DNA from: Calditrichaceae bacterium
GTDB lineage: Bacteria; Calditrichota; Calditrichia; Calditrichales; JBFXGD01
DNA length: 62,955 bases
Assembly: GCA_050173015.1 (NCBI GenBank)
Contig: JBFXLE010000027.1
Span: forward strand, 1 to 62,955
Reading direction: 5' to 3'
Part shown: in pieces, positions 51,234 to 62,800 of the stretch
Layout of the letters: the number at the start of each line of letters is the position of its first letter
Position numbering within the stretch: position 1 is the first letter of the stretch
Translations under genes and position numbers: made by a program
Notes under the pieces: generated by a model
Seen by the model: the letters and a program-made list of their open reading frames with translations, nothing else
What the model was told of the DNA's origin: nothing
Databases searched by the model: none

Positions 51234-52997
51234 ATGATTAATAAAATCAAATTATTGGGGGAATATTCTTCAAAACTGAATATTGAAGATAATCCCTATG
51301 GTCTGAATACCACCTTAAAAGAGGGCAATGTCATTCTTTTAAATTTTGAACTGACCGCCGAGACCTGCCGGTTCTCCGGCGCGGATCTGGCGCAGTTTGA
51401 TCAGCAGAAAAACAAAAAATATTTGCTCAAAAACGCCAAAGGTAACAAAGTATCCGAATTCCCGACCATTTATGCCGATTTGTCCAAGGTAGGTGATTTT
51501 AGCAAATCACTAAAAAAACTCCAGAGAATTTTGAATGACAATGCCCTGATCAATCAAGATCTTGTTCCGCTCGTCGCTGAATTTGAAAGCAAGACAGACC
51601 GGCTCCAGGAGAGTATCGGGGAACTTGTGGATAAAAGCAAGACGACCCTTCTTTCTGTTACCATAAACGGGCAACCGGCAGGGGATAGCCCGCAGTACGA
51701 ATCCGTTAGAAATGCCGCTATCGCGGAAGGAGACCGGGACTACTTTGAAAAATATAGCAGCACCTCGATCGGAGAAAATGCAATTTGCTATGTCTGCGGA
51801 GAACAAAAACCGAAAGTGTATGGCTTTGTGAGCACATACCGGTTTTACTCATCCAATGAATTCGCCTACATCGCGGGTGGTTTCAAAAAAGAGAACAGCT
51901 GGATGAATTATCCCGTCTGTCCATCCTGCGCCAAAAAATTAAAAGATGGCGCGAATCTGGCGGATCAGCATTTCAATTACAGACTTCGGGATAACCGTTA
52001 TTTTCTTCTGCCCGCGCCTCTGCTGGACAAAAATAATTTTGAAGATGTATTGGATTTGCTGGTAAACGAGTACAAACAGATCAACCTGCGCAGGAACGAC
52101 GCCACTCAGAGAGAGCAGTATATCGAACTTGAAGAAGAAATTTTTGAACGTCTGGCCGAGCAAAATGATACCGCCACTTTTACCATGTTTTTCTATGAAA
52201 TTAATAACAGTGAATTCAAAATATTTCAGGAAATAGAAGAAATCCTTCCTTCAGGATTTAAAAAAGTGATCGAAGCGGAGAACCTTGTTAACGAAATAGA
52301 AGAATTTCAGGATTTAGTAAAGGACAAAGATGGTCATAAGCACCATCTGCGGTTCAGCTTTGATACCATCAGAACGTTCTTCGACAAGTCATTCAACAAG
52401 GATTTTCTGGCCGTCGTCGCCGCCATTTTTAAAGGCAGGCTCATAAGCAAACAGTTTATCCTGCACAGGATTTCCGATCATTTGTCCGAAGGGTTCAGAC
52501 GGGAAGAGATGTACTACGATTTTTTTAAAGCCATGCAATTTATGAAATTTCTTTACAGGCTTGGATTAATACAAAATGAATCACTAAAAAAGGAGGCGCA
52601 GATGGAAGGTATGTATGAAGATTATTTTAATAAGCATCCCGACTTTTTTGACGCGGATATCAAAAAAGCCGTTTTTCTCGAAGGGTTGCTTGTACAGAAG
52701 CTGCTCAATATTCAGCATACGGAACGCGGTTCAACACCATTCCGCAGCCGTTTGAACGGTTTAAAAATAGACGGCCGGATTGTCCGAAGACTGCTGCCGG
52801 AAGCGATCGATAAGCTGGAGCAGTATAAAAAAAATTATTACCGTGATCTGGAATCACAAATCTCCGCCTTACTGGTATCGGGCGAACCGGATCTAAAAAA
52901 AATGAGCGTGGATGAGATCAGTTTCTATTTTACCATGGGTATGAATTTGGCAAAACAGTTTAAAAATGAAGAAAAAAAGGGAGAAGAAAATGAGTAA
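51234..52997 (+). CDS. cas8b: Type I-B large subunit Cas8b (Csh1-like)
   Basis: CYVC...YPVCPSC zinc motif and C-terminal FLEGLLVQKLL..Q...PF...YFTMGM; first gene of the cascade operon. Confidence 0.88.
   Translation: MINKIKLLGEYSSKLNIEDNPYGLNTTLKEGNVILLNFELTAETCRFSGADLAQFDQQKNKKYLLKNAKGNKVSEFPTIYADLSKVGDFSKSLKKLQRILNDNALINQDLVPLVAEFESKTDRLQESIGELVDKSKTTLLSVTINGQPAGDSPQYESVRNAAIAEGDRDYFEKYSSTSIGENAICYVCGEQKPKVYGFVSTYRFYSSNEFAYIAGGFKKENSWMNYPVCPSCAKKLKDGANLADQHFNYRLRDNRYFLLPAPLLDKNNFEDVLDLLVNEYKQINLRRNDATQREQYIELEEEIFERLAEQNDTATFTMFFYEINNSEFKIFQEIEEILPSGFKKVIEAENLVNEIEEFQDLVKDKDGHKHHLRFSFDTIRTFFDKSFNKDFLAVVAAIFKGRLISKQFILHRISDHLSEGFRREEMYYDFFKAMQFMKFLYRLGLIQNESLKKEAQMEGMYEDYFNKHPDFFDADIKKAVFLEGLLVQKLLNIQHTERGSTPFRSRLNGLKIDGRIVRRLLPEAIDKLEQYKKNYYRDLESQISALLVSGEPDLKKMSVDEISFYFTMGMNLAKQFKNEEKKGEENE
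52602..52997 (+). CDS. cas11: Internally translated small subunit Cas11b (131 aa, in frame within cas8b)
   Basis: Perfect AGGAGG at 52591-52596 followed by an in-frame ATG at 52602 (MEGMYEDYF...). Confidence 0.7.
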   Translation: MEGMYEDYFNKHPDFFDADIKKAVFLEGLLVQKLLNIQHTERGSTPFRSRLNGLKIDGRIVRRLLPEAIDKLEQYKKNYYRDLESQISALLVSGEPDLKKMSVDEISFYFTMGMNLAKQFKNEEKKGEENE

Positions 52998-53886
52998 CGT
53001 TATTTCTAAACGCAGTGAATTACTTTTTTGCTACGATATCAGCGACGCCAACCCCAATGGCGATCCGCTTGACGAAAATAAGCCCCGCATCGATGAGGAA
53101 ACCGGAATCAATTTTGTCACCGATGTCCGTCTGAAGCGCACCATTCGCGACTATTTGGCAGAGTTCAGAGGATTTAACGGTAAAAACGGAACCGATATCT
53201 TTGTCCGGGAAAAAGAACTTGAATCCGGTGGGCTGCAGGATGGCAAAACCAGAGCAAAGGATTTTAGTGACTCCAAAGAGAAGGTACTAAAAGAGTGTAT
53301 CGATGTTCGCTTATTTGGCGGTGTGATCCCGCTTTCCAAAGATTCCATCACCCTGACCGGTCCCACACAGTTTAAAATGGGTAGATCACTTCATAAAGTG
53401 GAATTAAAACACATACAGGGTACAGGCGCGTTCGCTTCCAAACCGGGCGCGAAAAACAAGACTTTCCGTGAAGAATACGTACTGCCCTATTCATTTATCG
53501 CTTTTCATGGTATTATCAATCAAAACGCGGCCGCGCATACCGGAATGACCGATGATGACGCGAAACTTTTGCTCGAAAGCATATGGATGGGGACAAAAAA
53601 CCTGATCAGCCGCAGTAAATTTGGCCAGCAGCCCAGATTTCTGCTCAAAGTCACCTATAAGGAACCCAATTTCTTTATTGGTGATTTGGACAGAATGATT
53701 GGGATGAATTGTGAAAATGAAGTAAAGGTCCGCGGGCTCAATGATTTTACTTTGAATATCGATAAATTATTGACTATTCTCGATCAATATTCTGATCGCA
53801 TCGAGTCGATTCATTATCGCGTGGATCCCGAACTGCAAACAGGTAATCAGATCCCTTCCCATTGGCAGCCGATCACTGATTTCTAA
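52990..53886 (+). CDS. cas7: Type I-B Cas7 (Csh2-like)
   Basis: ANPNGDPL..NKPR, VTDVRLKRTIRDY, IDVRLFG and SRSK motifs. Start set at ATG 52990. Confidence 0.93.
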   Translation: MSNVISKRSELLFCYDISDANPNGDPLDENKPRIDEETGINFVTDVRLKRTIRDYLAEFRGFNGKNGTDIFVREKELESGGLQDGKTRAKDFSDSKEKVLKECIDVRLFGGVIPLSKDSITLTGPTQFKMGRSLHKVELKHIQGTGAFASKPGAKNKTFREEYVLPYSFIAFHGIINQNAAAHTGMTDDDAKLLLESIWMGTKNLISRSKFGQQPRFLLKVTYKEPNFFIGDLDRMIGMNCENEVKVRGLNDFTLNIDKLLTILDQYSDRIESIHYRVDPELQTGNQIPSHWQPITDF

Positions 53887-53925
53887 AAACCGTGAATTTG
53901 TTTACAGCCAAGCAATGGAGGTAAA

Positions 53926-54633
53926 ATGCTATTTGCTGTATTTGATGTTTCGGCGGATCTGGCTCAGTTTAAAAAGCCGTTTACGACCATGTCGCCTCAG
54001 ACATTCTCTATTCCCACGGGAACGGCCTGTATCGGAATGATCTCGGCCATTATTGGTCTTGACAAAAATGAATACTGGAAATATTTCCCCGAGGGCAGCT
54101 ATCAACTGGCCATCGGTGTGAGAACGCCGGTCAAAAAAACGGTAATACCGATTAATCTGCTGAAAACGACTTCGCCAAAACACTTTGCGCGATTCGAAAG
54201 CCGTAAACCCAGTAATGTGGAATTTATAAAAAATCCCGCTTATCGGCTGTATTTTTCCTGGGAAAACTTTGAGAAATTTAACCTGTTATCCACTATGCTC
54301 GAGAAGCATTTATCTCATTATTCATTATCTCTCGGGCAGGCAGGCAATCTTGCCAACTTTAGTTTTGTGGGATTGTTCGACGGAAAATTCAAAACCGATC
54401 CGGAGTGGCGGGGTTATTCATCCATTCTCAGACAGGATAAAGTGCTGAAAATCGGTTTTGGCGATAACAGGATATTTTCAAACAGAATTCCGGTGTCCAT
54501 GCGCGCGGACGCCCTGAGTAGAGAAGTAACCCATTACAATGAATATTTATTTGACGGGGATGGCAAAGAGATTGTAGCCCGTATGAGTGAGTATATCCAT
54601 CTCGGGAACGGAGAAAATATTGTTCCCATTTAA
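53926..54633 (+). CDS. cas5: Type I-B Cas5
   Basis: FDVSADLAQFKKP...TFSIPTGTACIGMISAIIG N-terminal Cas5 motif. Confidence 0.9.
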   Translation: MLFAVFDVSADLAQFKKPFTTMSPQTFSIPTGTACIGMISAIIGLDKNEYWKYFPEGSYQLAIGVRTPVKKTVIPINLLKTTSPKHFARFESRKPSNVEFIKNPAYRLYFSWENFEKFNLLSTMLEKHLSHYSLSLGQAGNLANFSFVGLFDGKFKTDPEWRGYSSILRQDKVLKIGFGDNRIFSNRIPVSMRADALSREVTHYNEYLFDGDGKEIVARMSEYIHLGNGENIVPI

Positions 54634-57037
54634 ATTACTGTCACATCCGGACCGGCTGCTCGCGGATCATCTCTCATCGGTCTGTAAAACAGCGCTGAAA
54701 AGATTTGACGCGCTGCCGTTCCGGTTTGATGGTTATTTTGACCGTCACAAGTTAAGAACAGTCCTGGAGTACGCCTGTCTGCTGCATGATATGGGCAAAG
54801 CGACTACGGCATTTCAGGAATATATAGAATCTCCGGCAACAGCGGAGGCAAGTGAATCCGCCCGACGAAAACGCAGACACGGATTGATCTCATCACTGAT
54901 CACGCTGATTTATTTACAAGAACAGTTTCCTGATGATCCGGTTTATGCCGCGTTTGGATTAATTATGGTCAGACGGCATCACGGTGACCTGAAAGATCTG
55001 GATGAATTGTTTACGATTATACCCGATGACCGGAATCTCTGCATGGAACAATCCCGGTCGCTTTCATACCCCGAATTGTCGGAAATTCTGAAAATGAACG
55101 GATTCAAAGAAGAATTCTCTGAAGAGAAAATCGTATCAGGGATAAAAGACCTATTTGATAATCGATTCTTTTTTAAGCAATTTCGACGAAAAGTCGCTCG
55201 AAATTTATCGCTTGATGATTACTTTGCTCTAAACCTGCTATACTCTTTGTTGCTGGAAGCCGATAAAGATGACGCGATTTTTAATTCCGTCCGAAGGGTT
55301 GAAACGGCTGATACTTTCCATGCTTCTGATATACGGGCATACCGTGAACTTAGGTTTAAATCCGCCGGCTCCATTCATGCCATCCGGAACATCATCTTCG
55401 ACGGAGTCGGACGTAAAATTGAAACTTTGGAAAAATCAGACCATATCGTATCCATTAACGCTCCGACCGGTTCCGGTAAAACAATCACCGCGCTGCATGC
55501 CGCGCTGCTCCTGAAAGAAAAATTTAACAGGGATCATATCATTTACAGCCTGCCGTTTACATCCATCATCGATCAGAATTATGCTGTTTTTGAAGATATT
55601 TTGTCTTCATGCGGATTAAAGGTAGATTCGGGTTTACTGTTGAAACATCATCACCTTTCAGACTGGACTTACCGTACGGCGGATGATGATACCGCTGAGG
55701 TGAGTGTCTTTAAGGAATATGATGCGAATAAATCAATTTTTCTGATCGAAGGCTGGCATAGTCGGATAACAGTCACCACGTTTGTTCAATTGCTGTATTC
55801 ACTGATATCTGCAAAAAACAGTATGCTGCGTAAATTTTCCAGATTTTCAAACGCCATCCTGATTCTTGATGAAGTGCAGAATATTCCTCATAAATACTGG
55901 AAACTGGTCCACCATATACTAAAAAAAGCCGCTTATAGCTTAAATTCAACCATCTTGCTGGTCACCGCGACCATGCCGCTGATTTTTGATGGCGATGCCG
56001 GTGAAATTATCGAACTGGTGCCAGATCATACTGAAATATTTAGAAGTTTATCCAGAATTAAACTGGATGTTTCCTTTTTATTCGATTCTGAAGACAAACC
56101 AAAAATTACCATGTTGACCGACTTTCTAACGATGCTCCGTGAAGAAGTGAGCGCTGCCGGGAATAAATCCTTTTTAATTGTAGCCAATACAATAAGATCG
56201 GCCAAATCGATTTATGAGTATATTGCGGATTGTTCACCGGGGCACGACGTAGAGTTTTTGTCCTCCCATGTTCTGCCAAGAGGCCGGATGAATAGAATAG
56301 AAAAGATAAAATCGCAGCGGGAAAGCGGCGGAAAACCGGTCATACTGGTCTCGACCCAGTTGGTTGAAGCGGGTGTTGATCTCGATTTTGATGTAGTTTG
56401 GAGAGACATGGCTCCGCTGGATTCCATTTTCCAGGTATGCGGGCGATGCAACCGTCACGATAATCCGGAAAAAACCGGTTATGTTCGCTTATTCAGCCTG
56501 ATAGATGAAAACGGCCGCCGTCCATCCGCCATTTATGATGGCTTTTTGCTGCAAAAAACGCTAAAAGTCCTTTCCGGAAAATCAGTCATATTGGAAGAAA
56601 TATTTCCGGATCTCGCCGGCGCGTATTTTAAAGAAGTTCGTGAATTTCAATCAGATATGCTTTCAGGAGAGATTCTGGAGAATCTTGGCAAGCTGGCGTA
56701 TAAAACAGCTCTGGGGCATAAAAAATTTGAGTTGATCGATGATCATTTTACCGGATCTGTTTTTGTCGAAGCGGATGATAACGCGCTCATGCTGTGGCGG
56801 GAATATGAGAGAATTTTAGAGGAAGAAACGGGATTTGAGAGAAATGATCGCTTAAAAAAAATACATGGTCAATTGTCGGCCTATATCATCAATATCCCGC
56901 GGGGCAGTTTACCCGAAAGGTACGACGGCGGCATTTATCATCTGTCACGGGATCATGTTGATACTTTTTATGATCATGTGACAGGATTTAAAATGGAAAC
57001 GCAATTGCCTGAATTGACGGAATCTGTTTTTTTCTGA
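54620..57037 (+). CDS. cas3: Cas3 HD-nuclease/helicase
   Basis: LLHDMGK, HHG, APTGSGKT, DEVQ, TAT, STQLVEAGVD and GRCNR motifs. Start set at TTG 54620 after GGAGA (alternative ATG 54587). Confidence 0.95.
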   Translation: MFPFKLLSHPDRLLADHLSSVCKTALKRFDALPFRFDGYFDRHKLRTVLEYACLLHDMGKATTAFQEYIESPATAEASESARRKRRHGLISSLITLIYLQEQFPDDPVYAAFGLIMVRRHHGDLKDLDELFTIIPDDRNLCMEQSRSLSYPELSEILKMNGFKEEFSEEKIVSGIKDLFDNRFFFKQFRRKVARNLSLDDYFALNLLYSLLLEADKDDAIFNSVRRVETADTFHASDIRAYRELRFKSAGSIHAIRNIIFDGVGRKIETLEKSDHIVSINAPTGSGKTITALHAALLLKEKFNRDHIIYSLPFTSIIDQNYAVFEDILSSCGLKVDSGLLLKHHHLSDWTYRTADDDTAEVSVFKEYDANKSIFLIEGWHSRITVTTFVQLLYSLISAKNSMLRKFSRFSNAILILDEVQNIPHKYWKLVHHILKKAAYSLNSTILLVTATMPLIFDGDAGEIIELVPDHTEIFRSLSRIKLDVSFLFDSEDKPKITMLTDFLTMLREEVSAAGNKSFLIVANTIRSAKSIYEYIADCSPGHDVEFLSSHVLPRGRMNRIEKIKSQRESGGKPVILVSTQLVEAGVDLDFDVVWRDMAPLDSIFQVCGRCNRHDNPEKTGYVRLFSLIDENGRRPSAIYDGFLLQKTLKVLSGKSVILEEIFPDLAGAYFKEVREFQSDMLSGEILENLGKLAYKTALGHKKFELIDDHFTGSVFVEADDNALMLWREYERILEEETGFERNDRLKKIHGQLSAYIINIPRGSLPERYDGGIYHLSRDHVDTFYDHVTGFKMETQLPELTESVFF

Positions 57038-57089
57038 CCATTTTGTCAGCGCGGAAAGGATTTCGTTTTTAAAAGAGGAGATATAACTA

Positions 57090-58366
<1,277 letters not shown>

Positions 58367-58369
58367 AGG

Positions 58370-58975
58370 ATGATCATGGCCGATGAAAAAGCGCCCTTAA
58401 AAATCACACCGACAGATCTACTTCAATATTATTTTTGTCCGCGTTTTATATATTTTATGCATGTTTTAAAAATTTCCCAGAACGAGGATCGCCGCTATAA
58501 GGTTCAAAAAGGCAGGGAAGTGCATGAACAAAGGTTGAAACAGAATAAAGAATATCTGTGGAAAAAGATCGGGGCGGTTGATCGTCTGAGTGACGTGTAT
58601 CTGATAAGCGACCGTTATCATTTGTACGGAATCGTGGATGAAGTCGTGACCTTCGCAGACGGCAGTATGGCGCCGGTGGACTATAAATTCGCGGTGTATC
58701 CGGAATATATTTACCGGTCACACAAGATCCAATTGATCAGTTATTGTATGTTATTGGAAGAAGTATTTGAAAAGAAAGTAGAGAAAGGGTATATTTTCTA
58801 CGTTCGAAACGGAAATAAACAGGTAGAAGTGCCCTATACGACAAAAAGCAAACACAATTTGATACGCGATATTGAGCATGTGGTGGCGATCATACAGAAT
58901 GAGCGGCAGCCCAAACCCACGTCGGGCAGAGCCAGATGCGCAGACTGCACTTATAAAAATATTTGCGTTCGGTAA
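58370..58975 (+). CDS. cas4: Cas4 RecB-like nuclease
   Basis: YFCPR, G.VD...VDYK, QLISY and C..CTY..IC Fe-S motifs. Confidence 0.93.
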   Translation: MIMADEKAPLKITPTDLLQYYFCPRFIYFMHVLKISQNEDRRYKVQKGREVHEQRLKQNKEYLWKKIGAVDRLSDVYLISDRYHLYGIVDEVVTFADGSMAPVDYKFAVYPEYIYRSHKIQLISYCMLLEEVFEKKVEKGYIFYVRNGNKQVEVPYTTKSKHNLIRDIEHVVAIIQNERQPKPTSGRARCADCTYKNICVR

Positions 58976-58987
58976 AATGAGTAATCG

Positions 58988-59147
58988 GAAGTTGAATAAA
59001 AACAGTGATTAAAGCTTGGTAAAATTTTTCCGAAAGTATGTAAAAATGGTATGTTTTATGATGAATCACGGCAGGCAAAAGGCGCTCTTAGCTGCACAAA
59101 CAGATGGCTTAAATATAGGAAAAATAAATAATTATGAAAAATTTGCG
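58988..59147 (+). promoter_or_regulatory. CRISPR leader 2
   Basis: Near-identical to leader 1; ends in AAAATTTGCG abutting the first repeat. Confidence 0.85.
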
Positions 59148-61864
59148 GTTTAAGTGACCATTCCATTAAGACAAGGATTGAAACAATCGCTTTGGGATGA
59201 CCGGAGCCTGATGAGCGAAGTGTTTAAGTGACCATTCCATTAAGACAAGGATTGAAACTTTCTGATGCCTACGACGTAATATGGCAAGTACGTTTTGGGT
59301 TTAAGTGACCATTCCATTAAGACAAGGATTGAAACCCAAGTGATCATTTTAATACTATGGAAAAAATGATAAAAGTTTAAGTGACCATTCCATTAAGACA
59401 AGGATTGAAACGACGGTGCAAAAAAAGCACCGCTAACGATTGCGGAGCGTTTAAGTGACCATTCCATTAAGACAAGGATTGAAACTTCAAGCTGTTTCAG
59501 TCTGGCGCCTAATTGAACTCCGTGGTTTAAGTGACCATTCCATTAAGACAAGGATTGAAACACCTTCGTCCGGTCGTAGGTACTGGCCTGAAGCTCGAGG
59601 TTTAAGTGACCATTCCATTAAGACAAGGATTGAAACATATTGGCGAAAACTTCGCCAATGTGAAAAAATTCCGGTTTAAGTGACCATTCCATTAAGACAA
59701 GGATTGAAACTCATGATGGAATAAAATAAAAAAGGGAATGAAATAAATCAGGTTTAAGTGACCATTCCATTAAGACAAGGATTGAAACTTTATACCCTGT
59801 GACCAAATTCACCCGGGGGAGTTCCGGTTTAAGTGACCATTCCATTAAGACAAGGATTGAAACTAAGTGATGGTACCCGTAATAATCTTGGTTTGACCCG
59901 GGTTTAAGTGACCATTCCATTAAGACAAGGATTGAAACACCGATTTCCATTGTTTGGATAACCACCCCATCGAAACCGGTTTAAGTGACCATTCCATTAA
60001 GACAAGGATTGAAACGCAGACGTATATCGCTCAATCAGAATTATGAAAGATCGTGGTTTAAGTGACCATTCCATTAAGACAAGGATTGAAACAGCTGTAT
60101 CAGGAAAATTAAAAGCAGAACTATTTCGTTTAAGTGACCATTCCATTAAGACAAGGATTGAAACTATCGAGTGAAAAAACGCTTGACGGAAAATTTAAGT
60201 TTAAGTGACCATTCCATTAAGACAAGGATTGAAACAAGGTATGGGACGAAGGGTAGGCGCCGAGATGAAAAGTTTAAGTGACCATTCCATTAAGACAAGG
60301 ATTGAAACTCCTTTCCTTCGCTCACACGCTTCCTAAATTTTGCCGTATGGTTTAAGTGACCATTCCATTAAGACAAGGATTGAAACTTTTATTTCCAATT
60401 TTCCGCACACCAGGAAATAAATTGTTTAAGTGACCATTCCATTAAGACAAGGATTGAAACGAATAGCCTCAAGCTCCGTAATCGTTAACGGAGTTTTTTG
60501 TTTAAGTGACCATTCCATTAAGACAAGGATTGAAACGATCAGGGCACTTGTCCGGATCAATAGTAAGTGCTGTTTAAGTGACCATTCCATTAAGACAAGG
60601 ATTGAAACTGATGATCCACAACCCGTGGACGTTCGCCATCGGTGTTTAAGTGACCATTCCATTAAGACAAGGATTGAAACCTCCGTAACGCCGAAGAAAT
60701 CGCCAAGTTCTTTATCTTTCGGTTTAAGTGACCATTCCATTAAGACAAGGATTGAAACGACAGCACCAGAGCCAGCCAGACAGCCAGACAGTCAGGTTTA
60801 AGTGACCATTCCATTAAGACAAGGATTGAAACTGCTAAGGTGGAAGACAAAGAACAATTCTTTCGGGAGTTTAAGTGACCATTCCATTAAGACAAGGATT
60901 GAAACTTACAGGATTGGAGCAATGACGTTGTGTTTATGAAGTTTAAGTGACCATTCCATTAAGACAAGGATTGAAACCGCCCGCTAACAACGGCATCAAT
61001 TCAGATGCTCATAAGTTTAAGTGACCATTCCATTAAGACAAGGATTGAAACTTCGGCTATAGATCGCAAAATCAAAATAGCCGAGCGAGTTTAAGTGACC
61101 ATTCCATTAAGACAAGGATTGAAACCTGGAGATTCTTTTTTAACTATTCAAGAATTTTTGTTTAAGTGACCATTCCATTAAGACAAGGATTGAAACATCC
61201 AGAAATAGAATAGGTTGTATTTATATTACTGTATGTTTAAGTGACCATTCCATTAAGACAAGGATTGAAACCTCATATTCACCTCACAATGTTGTTATAA
61301 AAAGCCGTGGTTTAAGTGACCATTCCATTAAGACAAGGATTGAAACATTCCTTAATCGCCTCAACAAGCACCGGTACCAGTTTTGTTTAAGTGACCATTC
61401 CATTAAGACAAGGATTGAAACTGTATTAAATAAATATCATGCAAGGGTTTTTTGTGGAGTTTAAGTGACCATTCCATTAAGACAAGGATTGAAACATTGA
61501 TGCGTGCACCAAGCTGCACTCCGTGAGAGTATGGTTTAAGTGACCATTCCATTAAGACAAGGATTGAAACGGATCCGGATCTATCTGTATGGGTATAAAA
61601 TGGCCGTAGTTTAAGTGACCATTCCATTAAGACAAGGATTGAAACATGATCTGTAAAAATTTACGTAAACGTTTACGTTCGGTTTAAGTGACCATTCCAT
61701 TAAGACAAGGATTGAAACCCTTGCGCACGCGCTCGGTTAGCGTGAGTTTGCGGTTTAAGTGACCATTCCATTAAGACAAGGATTGAAACACCGAAACCAA
61801 CGGCTGGATGGATTACGATGAGCGCGGTTTAAGTGACCATTCCATTAAGACAAGGATTGAAAAC
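59148..61864 (+). CRISPR. CRISPR array 2: 37 repeats, 36 spacers, repeat GTTTAAGTGACCATTCCATTAAGACAAGGATTGAAAC
   Basis: Repeats counted manually from 59148 to 61827. The last repeat has an extra A (…GATTGAAAAC). Confidence 0.98.
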
Positions 61865-62480
61865 GGCCGTCGGCTATCGGCTTGCAGCTATTGGTACATG
61901 GATTTCGCCGAAGGTAGCTGTTTCGGTGAATCAGCATGATTATTAAAAACCGCAAACATAGAATACTTTTCAGGACTCTTAACTCTTAACTCATAACTCT
62001 TAACGCTTTTTCTCTTCCAGGCGAGGATTGAAAACGGCCGTCGGCTATCGGCTTGCAGCTATTGGTACATGGATTTCGCCGAAGGTAGCTGTTTCGGTGA
62101 ATCAGCATGATTATTAAAAACCGCAAACATAGAATACTTTTCAGGACTCTTAACTCTTAACTCATAACTCTTAACGCTTTTTCTCTTCCAGGCAAGGATG
62201 AAAACGGCTATCGGCTGTTAGCTATCAGCTGTCGGCCTTCAGCTCCCTTCGCCCCAAAATCCTGTGTAATTGTTTACACAAAAATCTTTACAGCACATTA
62301 AAAACCGCAAACATAGAATACTTTTCAGGACTCTTAACTCATAACTCATAACTCATAACTCTTAACGCTTTATCTCTTCCAGGCGAGGATTGAAAACGGC
62401 CGTCGGCTGTTGGCTATCAGCTATCGGCTTTCGGCCTTTGAGTTTTACTGCAACCAGGACTTTTAACTCATAACGCTTTT
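61865..62480 (+). repeat. Trailer of ~170-190 bp tandem units ending in degenerate CRISPR repeats
   Basis: Unit starts (GGC after ..GAAAAC) at 61865, 62036, 62206 and 62398. Same heptamer tracts and blocks as in the array 1 trailer. Confidence 0.9.
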
Positions 62481-62526
62481 ATCTCCTTCACACATAAAGG
62501 TGGGGATAGAGGGGAGGATTCTTCTT

Positions 62527-62800
62527 CCGGGGCCTTTCAAAAAATGCGCTGGAAATTCAGGTGAGCGGAACGGCCGAAATTCTTACTGTCTGAGCCCGCA
62601 GGGCGAGTTTAAGAATTTCAGTGCAGCGAGCCGTATAATTTCCCGGTTTTTTTGAACAGCCTTGATCTTTTGGTTCTTTTCCATCAAGGGAAAAGAACAT
62701 AGATTACAGAAACAGAAAATTCGCCGCAAAAAATCCAAACGATCGATATGGGATTAGCAACAGGATTTTCCAGACCAGCAGAAGATCCCTCCTGGATGTC
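62527..62800 (+). ncRNA. Candidate structured element, diverged full-length copy 2
   Basis: Homologous to 44305-44584 with most helices conserved. Confidence 0.55.

Noticed and set aside
59185-59221. CTGATGAGCGAA in a spacer resembling a hammerhead core
   Set aside because: No stem II or flanking helices.
61052-61060. Spacer start TTCGGCTAT matching the trailer palindrome (possible self-targeting)
   Set aside because: Only a 9-nt match. No full-length self-targeting spacer was found by eye within the window.
59455-61627. ORFs with repeating VSILVLMEWSLK / LSDHSIKTRIET peptides (also 42196-42783)
   Set aside because: These are translations of CRISPR repeats and spacers.
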